DNA of 63,777 nucleotides, filler included, from Reclinomonas americana ATCC 50394 (taxonomy: Eukaryota), in the NCBI GenBank assembly GCA_048213135.1. It is 15 parts of 15 records of this genome, joined end to end, with 100 filler letters (N's around TTAATTAATTAA, not from the genome) between each part and the next. Parts side by side here need not be neighbours in the genome. Positions count along the whole stretch, not along the records: positions 46,388 to 56,431 come from AFZH01021629.1; positions 56,532 to 58,931 come from AFZH01021630.1; positions 59,032 to 61,494 come from AFZH01021631.1; positions 61,595 to 63,777 come from AFZH01021637.1; 11 more parts are not named here. One strand, 5' to 3'. Shown piece after piece: positions 54,301 through 63,777 of this stretch. A model generated the notes under the pieces. It did no database searches, was not told where the DNA came from, and saw only the letters and a list, made by a program, of their open reading frames with translations. Numbering within the stretch: the stretch's first letter is position 1; each line of letters opens with the position of its first letter. Position numbers and translations under genes: made by a program.

Positions 54301-56139
54301 CGACATGGTCTGCACAGCAAGGAATGAGTCAGCCCAAACATCACCAACCGTTCTCTTGTTCTAACAATTGTCACGAAACTGCACCCAGCTGCATGCTGGC
54401 CTCGGTGCGACGCGACTTGGAACCTGCACCATCGTCATATTCGTCACCTTCACCACGCCCGCCCTCGTTCTCCTCGTCATCATCCTCCTGCTGCTGCTCG
54501 GCGCGCACGCACGCCAACAACTTGGCGTACGGCGACATGCCAGTCATGCTTGCTAATGGGGGTACGGAGCGCAGCGGAGTCGACATGACCGACAGGGAGG
54601 GAGCGTCACCGCCACCGCCGCCAGGTGTGGCAATAGAACGGGCACTCGGCATTGCCGACGAGCCCACGACGGCCCACGAGGCGCGCAGGGATTCCATGTC
54701 GCTCGCCACCATGGATTCGCGTTGTGTCATGGCTGTGTGGGGAAGGAGGAAGGGGATAATGAGAAGGGGGGGACGAGGGAGAAGGTGGGGGAAGGAGGGG
54801 GAAGGAGGAGGAAGGAGAGGGAAGGAGGGGGAAGGAGGAGGAAGGAGGGGGAAGGAGGAGGAAGGAGGGGGAAGGAGGACGAAGGAGGGGAAGGAGGACG
54901 AAGGAGGGGAAGGAGGGGGAAGGAGAAGGAGGAGAAGAGGGAAGGGAGGGAGAGGAAGGCAAGGAGACAAATACTCTCTTCATCTGCCACTCACCTTGCA
55001 ACGAGGCACGAAGAGTAATGTACTCCTGCCACAGCGCCGCCTCGAATTCGGTCTCGTTGAGTGGCGCGTCGACATCTGATTGTGGCGGTGTGCCACCCAC
55101 ACTGCTGTCCTCGTCCTCGTCGTCATCACCCTCCTCTTCCTCCTCCTGCTGCTGCTCCACTCCCGACTCGTCGCCATCGTCGCCTCCATCGCCGCCGTAG
55201 AATCCGTACGCGTCCTGTGACCGATCTGCCCTCGCCGCCAACGCCGCCAGCGAGCGAGGTGACTGCCGCGGCTGTGGAGCCGACAGCTCCCACCATCCAA
55301 GACGCACCAAGAGCAGTATGCAGTCCACGAGAAACGACTGCAGAGGCGTGCGCAGGTCGGGTGTCGGCGCTGCGCACACTTCGGCGGGCGTGAAGGCGGG
55401 CAGCGGCAGGCCGCAACTGCACAGCGTGCCAAGGGCCAGCTCCCACACTGCCCGCGAGCCGATTTCGAGTGCTTCCCTGTGCACCGTCAGGAACCTCTCG
55501 TCCAGCGACTCTGCGACCGCCGACTCCAGTCGCGGCAGCACATAGACGCGCACGATTGCCTGGCAGAAGAGGGGAGCAGGGGAGGAGAGGGAGAAGGGAA
55601 GGAGAGGGAGAAGGGTTAGAGAGAGGGGAGAGATGGAGAGATAGGGATTAGAGAGAGGTAAAGGAGGGGGAGATGGAGAGAGGGAAATTGAGAGCGAGGT
55701 GGAAGGACCGAGGGAGAGAGACGAGAACAGAGAGAATTAAGAGTGATGTCGAGAGCACAGGGGGGAACGACACACACACACACACAGAGAGAAAGATAGA
55801 CAGGGAATCATCAAGACGAACCTCCACTGCCGATCCATCTCGCATCAAGTCCACAATGTCCAAGTCGCCCAACTCCCAGTCGTGACTGTCGCCGTCGTCG
55901 TCATCGACGTGCACCAGCGAGTCGTCGCCGGTCGCCGCGGACGTGGAGGAGTCGGCGCCACTTTGCATGGAAGTGCGCTTCACCCACAGCACCAGCGCCT
56001 CCTCAGCATCCACCGGTCGCAGATGAGGCGGCAGCGGTGCCAGGTGCTCCACCACCTCACGTACTGGCACGCAGCGTTGCACGTGGGCATGCATGAGGAG
56101 CGAGATGAGCAGGAGGTGCGCTTCCTCGTCGAAGGGGGA
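51350..56139 (-). CDS. CAMSAP/Patronin-like protein (CH + coiled coil + CKK); multi-exon, 5' partial
   Basis: CKK motifs RSNAQLVRNAIRHLCLPG, FLVLVR...YKGLY and GRGPRVL...LKYDSGQKR...TDAV. CAMSAP CH motifs DAEEALVLWV and DLMRDGS. The middle exons are approximate. Confidence 0.82.
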
Positions 56140-56958
56140 CTGTGGGGGAGGGTGGGGGGAGGAGGGGAAAGGTGGATGAGAAGGAGCAGAGGGGAAGGAA
56201 GGGAAGAGCAACGACAAAATGCAAGGCTGGAGAGAAGGCATGAGTGTGGAAGAGAGCGTGCTTGAAGAGGAGGACGAGGAGGAGGAAGGAAAGCGTGTTT
56301 ATGGAGGAGTGAGAAAGGCGACAACAGAATGCAAGGCTGGAGAGTGAGTGTGGAAGAGAGCGTGCTGGAGGAGGAGGACGAGGAGGAGGAAGGAAAGCGT
56401 GTTTGTGGAGGAGTGAGAAAGGCGACAACGGNNNNNNNNNNNNNNNNNNNNNNNNNNNNNNNNNNNNNNNNNNNNTTAATTAATTAANNNNNNNNNNNNN
56501 NNNNNNNNNNNNNNNNNNNNNNNNNNNNNNNTGAGAGCCACTGCGAGTGACAAAATGGAGAGAAGAGGGAGAAATAGATTCGAGAGTGACAGAAAGTGGT
56601 GGACACGCTCCTTGCGCGCATACGCGCGCAACGAGAGAGAGAGAGACGCTGACAGACAGGCTAGCCGACAGTCACGCACACTGCGAGAGCAGCGACAGAC
56701 ACACGGACAGGCACACAGACACCCAGACTAACACAGACACTTAGCCAAACACACGACAGAGACAGAAAAAGAGACAGAGTAAGATGAAAGTGAGGGAGAG
56801 GAAGGGAGAGAGGCACTGCGAGTGACACAAGGAGAGAAGAGCGACACAATTCCACACAGACATTGGGAGAACCAGAAGTCGAAGCCACTCGCACAGAGAG
56901 ATAATCGTGATGGGCTCTCTGCCATTCTCCGACTCACCTTCTCCTTCACTATTGCAGT

Positions 56959-58013
56959 CATGGTCAACGACGTGCAAACCACCATGCGCGTGCTGATTGT
57001 CTTGGCGTTGCGTTTTCTATGCACTCACTCGTCAGCTCCCTCTCCATTCAAATCTCATCAGCCTCCCCCGCCACCAGCCCGCTGCCCATCTTCTGGACGC
57101 TGTTCGACCAGCACGCTACTCGCTGGGTGTTCCAGGCACGTCTGATGGAACTCGGACCACTGGAGCCGGAGCAGACGACGCTGCTCAACCCACTGATGGT
57201 GGTGCTGTTTGTGCCGCTCTTTGAGTACATTTTCTACCCGCTGGCGCGCTGGTTCAAGCTGTCGACCAAGCACTTGCGCCGCATGTGGGTCGGCATGATC
57301 CTCATCTCGATCGCCTTTGTACTGGCCGCTCTGTTGGAGAAGCACATTGAGGACAGCACGCCCAAGTCGGTGCCGGTGTGGTGGCAGCTGCCGCAGTATG
57401 CGCTGCTGTCGGCCGGTGAAATCATGGTCTCCATCACCGGCCTCGAGTTTGCCTACTCCCAGGCGCCGCCGAAGATGAAGAGGTGCGTGAAAGGGAAGGG
57501 AAGGAAAAGAGAAGAGAAAGAAAGGAGAGAATTGTATAGTCTCCGCACAGCATTTCACTCCGCCCTGTCATTCCCTCTTTCCCTGACCCTCTCCCTCCCG
57601 TCCCCCCTCCTCACAGTGTGATCATGGCCTGCTTCCTGCTGACCACCGCCATCGGCAACGTGATTGTGGCCATCATCGCCGAGACCAAGTTCATCCCCGA
57701 CCAGACGTGGGAGTTTGTGTTCTTCGCAGCCCTCATGATGGTCACCATGTTTGTGTTCCTGTGGATCACGCGCAACTACGTCTACAAGACGCAGGTCTAC
57801 GCGGGAGAGCACGGCAATGACGATCCCAACGCGAGCGTCGCCGAGCCCCTGCAGCCGTCCAAGACGCGCAGCGACGAGCGCACTGGCGACGAGCACGACG
57901 ACGACATTTTCGATGACGAAGAGAGTGTGTCGTCGCCGGTGCGACAGCGGGCGGCGGAGAAGGTGCTGCGACAGCTGGACGGCTTGCCGGCAGCGCAGTC
58001 GAACCGCACGTGA
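56959..58013 (+). CDS. POT/PTR (SLC15) proton-dependent oligopeptide transporter; 5' partial
   Basis: Motifs PLPIFWTLFDQ, LNPLMV and WQLPQY...GEIMVSITGLEFAYSQAP; GT-AG introns. Confidence 0.93.
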
Positions 58014-58102
58014 GGCGTCCTTCGTTTGTGCACGTTTTCTGGTTTTCTCGTGAAAAAAATGGACTCTTCGTTGAGATCTTTTCTTCGCTTTGTTTACCAC
58101 TC

Positions 58103-58871
58103 TCATCGCTTGCCCTTGGCCTTGCCCTTCTTGCCCTTGCGTCGCTTGGTGAACTGTAGAGGAACCGCCGCGACGGCCATATTGACACTTGCTGAACTCT
58201 TCGAGGCCGATGCCGGCGCGGCGGCTGCAGCTGGCCCACTGACACTGAGCGCAGGTTCGGCGGCGGTGCCTCGACTGGCCTCGAGCATGTCGGCCACCGG
58301 ATCGCGACTGGCACCCGGCGTGGAGCCGGTGGCGGAGAAAATGGCACCGACACGCGCAATGTTACTCGTGATGAACCCGCGTGAGTAGCCGCGCGGCAGC
58401 AGCGGTTGCTTCAGTGCCTCGGCCAGCTGTGCTCGCAGCACGCGGTGCTCCCGCTCGTATCGCTTGCGCGTTTGTGCCAGCTCCACTTCGTCTTCCCTGC
58501 ATGGACGGGGATAGGAAGGCGAAGGATGGCAGTGAGAAGGGGACAGGGAAAGAGAGAGAGAGAGAGAACAGGAGAAGGTGCAATTCCTGCTGCATCGTGG
58601 ACAGGAAATAAACAATCGAAAGAGGGAGAGCGAATGTGAGAGAGAGAGAGAGAAAGAGAGTGCGGAAGCTGCATGTCCAGCAACAGGCGACTAACAAAGG
58701 AAGAGAAAGAAGGAAAGCGATCGAGAAAGAGACAAGGAGAACTGCAACAAGTCGGTGCACTCCCAGTTGCATCGTGGACAATCAACAATAAGAAGATGGA
58801 GGCAGAGAGCAGGAGAAGGTGCAATGAGTCGGTGCAGTTCCGGCTGCATCATGGACAGGAAACAAACCAAG

Positions 58872-58931
<60 letters not shown>

Positions 58932-60843
58932 NNNNNNNNNNNNNNNNNNNNNNNNNNNNNNNNNNNNNNNNNNNNTTAATTAATTAANNNNNNNNNNNNN
59001 NNNNNNNNNNNNNNNNNNNNNNNNNNNNNNNTGAAAGTTGGATAGGGCGTTCCAATTCGGAGAAAAAACAAAGGGAGATTGAGAGTGGGACGAAAAGAAG
59101 GGAAAGCGCAGACTTGAATCACAAAGACGTTCAGCAAGAAGAGTAAAAAAAGAAGAAGGCACACATACGGCTACGCCCACACGCAACTGGGTGCCGCTCG
59201 GCGTCCGCGCTCTCGCATCACAGTCGGCATCATCATTGTGGCAGACAGCAAGAATGTCTGCAATTCGCGGTCGTAGATGGCGTGCGGGAACTCGGGCTCG
59301 GGAGCCGGTGCGTCATCTTGCTCCAGCGTCTGCAAAATGTTCAACCGTGAGCGACCGACGCTCCTGCGGCAAGACACAAGAGCGACTCACCTTGCCAGTC
59401 ATGTAGTACAGCGTGCCCAAAATCTGCGACAGCTCGGGGAAGTGACCGTCGGCGACCATGCGATCGGCCTCGTCGATCACGAGGAAGCGCACGCTCGACA
59501 TGTCGGCCACGTGGCGGAACGAGTCTTCCATCAGCTGCCACAATCGACCTGCATTGCATAACTGGCGTGAGTGTGCAGAACAGCACGAGGGATACGCGGG
59601 TGACACAAAGCTGACCTGGTGTGGCGACGACAATGGGCGGTCGGTGCTTGGACATGATGCGCTCCTGCTTCTCCTGCGCCATGCCGCCGACCACGCGGAC
59701 CACACTACGCACACGCACATGTCAGCTCATGTTCGGTGGCTGTGCACTCCCCAAACCGCCTCTCACCACACACACGCACCTCTGCTCCAACACGGTACCG
59801 GCACACAGCTGCTCAATGACATCACCCACTTGCATGGCCAGTTCGCGCGTCGGCAACAAAATGAGGGCGACCAAGCCGCGCGGCACATCCTCTTTTGTCG
59901 GGCACACACGCAGGAGTGCGTCGACAATGGGAAGAGCATAGGCGAGAGTCTTGCCGCTGCCCGTTTCGGCGGCGGCGATGAGGTCCACGCGGCCCATGAT
60001 GGTGGAGGCGAGTGAGGCGCGCTGAACTGGTGTTGGTTGCACGAAGCCCATGGTTTTGGTCACCGCTGCGAACGAAAAGGGGAGGGGAAAAGGGAAAGTG
60101 AGGGGAAAGGGAGACAGGAGAAGTGGGGAGGGAAGCGAGAGGGGAAGGGAATGTGTGGGGGGAGACGGAAGTGAGAGGAGACGGAGTGGGGGGAGACGCG
60201 AGTGGGAGGGAGACGGAGTGGGGGGAGACGGAACGGCGGGAGACGGAAGTGAGGGGAGACGGAAGTGGGGGGACAGCAGGTAGAGGAGAGGAGAAAAGGG
60301 CAGAAGAGACAACGGGGGGGAGCAAAGCGGGGGAGACCACATGTGTGATCTCCTTGCAAAAGAGATACGCACCGTGAAGCGAAAGCGGATGCAATCCAAA
60401 GCCGTCCCACGAAGCAGACGATTCAACGTTCTCCATATCCTCCTCCTCGACAGCAGCAGCATCATCATCACCGTCGTCATGGTCACTCGCAACATGCTCG
60501 TCGACCTCCTCATCCACCTCGTCCTCCTCTGCCTCTTCCGCCGCCTCCTCCTCCTCCTCCTCCCCGTGCATGTCACTGTCGTCGTCGGATTCCGCAGGCG
60601 TCGCCACCACCACCTGCTTCTTCGTCTTCGGCTGCTTCTTCTTTGCCTGCTTCTTTCTCTTGTCTTTCTTCATCGGCTGCTCCTCTTCTTCGTCAGCCTC
60701 ACCGTCCTCCTCGCCACCCTCCGCAGTCGCACTCCACACAGGCTGCGAGATCTTGCCCTTTTTTCCCTTTTTCGGCTTCGCGGAGGAGTCGTCGCCCTTG
60801 CTCTCCTTCACCGCCTTCTTCGCGCGTTTGGTGGGTGGCTGCA
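58103..60843 (-). CDS. DDX24: DEAD-box RNA helicase DDX24/MAK5; multi-exon, middle lost in a gap, start not resolved
   Basis: Motifs [37 protein letters not shown] and [10 protein letters not shown]-terminal exon [13 protein letters not shown]...SRGFIT lies at 58103-58497. Confidence 0.8.
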
Positions 60844-61731
60844 AGAGGGACGAAAGTGAGAGTCAGAGAAGGGGGAGAGAGGAGGAGGAGGAGCAGATAT
60901 GGTTGCAGATGAACACAACAATGAGTGCTGCAAACGGCAAGGGCTGAGTTTGAAGAAAGAAGACGACAAGGTAAAAGAGCGAAAAGGGGAGCGAGAGCGC
61001 AGGAACAACATAAGGTGGATAAGCAAATGAAGAGAGACGGACAGAAAGTCGCGAGACCATTCACAGAGAGAGAAAGCTAAAGAGAGAGCGACTGCAAGCC
61101 AAGAAACAGCATGAAGGCGGCAAGGAGCTTGAGCAAGCGAGACTGTCAGTCGCCCTCTCACTCCATGAGTCGTGCATCTCTCTCGCTCCTTCTCGCCATG
61201 CCGTCTACTTCCAGCAACCAAGCACTTTTCTTGCAGTCTTCTTTCTTTGCGAGAGAGAGAACAAAGACAAAAAGAGGGAGCACAGAGACAAGACTGCAAG
61301 ACGAAGGACTGGAAGAGATGGATGGGATCGGCGGAGAGGAGAGGAAGGGAGTGATACATAGAGGGCATGTTCTATCTCTTGCATCACACCTTCCTCTCTC
61401 AATCATGCTGAATCAGTGCATCTCTCTCACTGTATTCCCTCTCAGTCTCCCCTGCTCTCTCTCCTACCTTCTCTCTCTCTCTCTCTCTCTCTCTNNNNNN
61501 NNNNNNNNNNNNNNNNNNNNNNNNNNNNNNNNNNNNNNTTAATTAATTAANNNNNNNNNNNNNNNNNNNNNNNNNNNNNNNNNNNNNNNNNNNNTCTCTC
61601 TCTCTCTCTCTCTCTCTCTCCTCCTGCTCACGGGTTCGATTTTTCCCTCGTGGTCACGAGTTCTCTCTCTCATTCTCTCCGTCATACTCCTCCTACTTCG
61701 CGAGTTCTCGTGCTTCTGACTCTCCCAATAG

Positions 61732-61839
61732 GCGGCCGCTCTTGAGCGCTACGCCAAGCATCCCGCCCACGTGCAGGTCGTCACTGAGCTGCTGCGCCCA
61801 ATCCTCGAAGACTCGCATGCCGTCGACTTTGAGCAGTGA
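61732..61839 (+). CDS. Last exon of a Dabb (stress-responsive A/B barrel) protein
   Basis: An AG acceptor is followed by AAALERYAKHPAHVQVVTELLRPILEDSHAVDFEQ*. Confidence 0.65.
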   Translation, partial: AAALERYAKHPAHVQVVTELLRPILEDSHAVDFEQ

Positions 61840-61990
61840 GAAGCGAGCGCAATCAAGGATCCAATGTGAAGCGCATGCGCTTGGTTTTCAGTTATTTTCC
61901 ACTTCACTTGCTTGCACACTCGTACTCAATCTCACACACACTTCTCTCATCTCTCGTCTAAGCCATTCGCACACATTCTGGCACACAATT

Positions 61991-63425
61991 TCACCAGAAG
62001 TAGCACTGCTCAAAGTCCGGCTCCACACTGCGCGCACAGATGATGAGAAAACAAAATCTCCCCCGTGACCCTCCCCCTTTTGCACACGCGCACGAAACTT
62101 CTCCGTGTACACCGGGTTAAAGTTGTAAATCAGGCGCTTGTCGAGCTCGGCAGGCGTGCTGAACTGGTGCGCGCTATTCCGTGCCTCGTCGACGAGGAAC
62201 TGGGAAAAGTACGTCATGGCGCGCACGGCGTCCGACGAGTGATCGATGACTTCGGCGGGGTTCCACTCGCTGTGCGTGGAGAGGGGGAAGGGGGAGGATG
62301 AGCGAGAAGGAAAGGGCAGCAGGAAAGGAAATGGGCACAAAGAGAAGTAGGGTACGGGGTAGGAGAAGAAGGAGGAAAAGGGAAAGGATGAGAATCAGGG
62401 TATGGAGAGAAAAGAAAGGGATAGAGAGAATAGGAGGGGAAGTGAGAGGATGAGCACAAGGGTAAGGGAGAGGATGAAACGGAGGGAAGGGAGAGAAGGA
62501 GGAGGAGGGAGAGGGAGAGGATGAGAAAGACGGAAAGAGAGAGGACGAGAAGGAAAGCAAGATAAGGAGGGAAAGAAGGGGATGAGAAGCGGGGAACTGG
62601 GAGAGGATGAGCACAAGGGAAAGAGACAGGACGAGGAGCAGGGTAAGGGAGACGATGAGAAGGAGAGTAAGGAAGAGAAAGAGAAGGAGAGAAAGGGAGA
62701 GGATGAGAAAGACGGAAAGAGAGAGGACGAGAAGGAAAGCAAGATAAGGAGGCAAAGAAGGAGACGAGAAGCGGGGAACTGAGAGAGGATGAGCATAAGG
62801 GAAAGGGAGAGGGGGAAAGATGAGTGACTATTCGGAGGCAGCAGGAAACGATCACAGTGGTGTACGAATGAATCGAGTGCACAAGAATGCAGATGACAGC
62901 TCCGCTAGCACGCAACAATTGATTCTTCTCGGGGTGCCATTGGCTGCCGTAGATGGGATAGTTCACGGCCTCCACGGTGGAGACAAAATCGCGCCCAACA
63001 CGGTCAACGTTCCATGACAGCATGGCGAAAAAGTTGGCAAGCGCCGGTGTGGAGGTGAACTTGGCAATCGTGATGCCCGACGAGTGATTGTTCATCGTCA
63101 CCGACTTGGTGTAGACCGTCGTCAGCACCTGCGCACAAACGGGAGGAGAAAAATGAGGCGACATTCGCCCACCGTCACATCGTGTGAAGGAGTCTCTCGC
63201 GCACATCAGCGGGGCAATTGCCGATACCCAGCATTCGCGACTGCGCGGCGGCATTCGTGGGCGACAACGGCAGCGTGAGGTTCTCCGAGTCGAACGGGTA
63301 ATCCAAAATGTTCGTGTTGTTGGAGGCCAGCACCATCAAAAACTCGAAGCCGAGGCACGTGCCCCACAGGGGGAAGTAGTCGCCGTTCTTGTTGGCTTGG
63401 AGGACCTTGTTGAACAGGAATTGGC
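61991..63425 (-). CDS. GGH: Gamma-glutamyl hydrolase (peptidase C26); multi-exon, 5' partial
   Basis: Motifs YFPLWGTCLGFE, YPIYGSQWHPEK, FLVDEAR and LIYNFNP; the final exon reads FEQCYFW*. Confidence 0.9.
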
Positions 63426-63580
63426 CTGGAAGGGGGTGAGAAGGGAAGAGGGGGGGGGGGTGAGAAGGGAAGGGGGGAGGGGAGAGTGAAAGACAATGCA
63501 GAGTGGGAGGATTGGTAGAATTGAAGAAAGAAAGGAAGCGAAAAATGGATTGGTGTTTTAGAATGCGTGAAGTGGTGCGA

Positions 63581-63657
<77 letters not shown>

Positions 63658-63777
63658 AGAAGAAGAGAGAGAGAAGAAGAAGAGAAGAGAGAAGAGAGAG
63701 AGAGAGAGTAGAGAGAGAGAGAGAGACGAGTAGAGAGTAGAGAGACGTAAGAGAGTAGAGAGAGAGAGAGACGAGAG

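Overview
This window is not one contiguous locus. It is 15 contigs joined by identical 100-bp linkers (44 N + TTAATTAATTAA + 44 N), and it carries 454 sequencing artefacts. Positions 1-13005 and 36157-63777 come from an intron-rich, microsatellite-rich microbial eukaryote. They hold GPATCH1/TGH, a Q-rich ORF, a PAK/STE20 kinase, a tandem array of 10 intronless WD40 genes, CAMSAP/Patronin, a POT peptide transporter, DDX24/MAK5, a Dabb exon and gamma-glutamyl hydrolase. Positions 13106-36056 are GC-rich alphaproteobacterial DNA: a few housekeeping genes, a BrxR/CapW-type WYL regulator facing an AddB-like gene, and an apparent integrative mobilisable element (MobA/MobL relaxase, RepA-like helicase, tyrosine integrase). 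The best leads are three. (1) An accessory MetRS2-type metG sits behind what looks like a classical leader-peptide attenuator, directly upstream of an enteric-type (tRNA-fMet-cleaving clade) vapBC. (2) A cargo run of paralogous unknown proteins, ExoI, a Lon-like AAA ATPase and a GIY-YIG-like protein has a thrice-repeated structured leader in front of its genes. (3) The WD40 array is mosaic, has hypervariable positions and shares a conserved C-terminal tail. All family calls come from motif recognition by eye; no database search was run.
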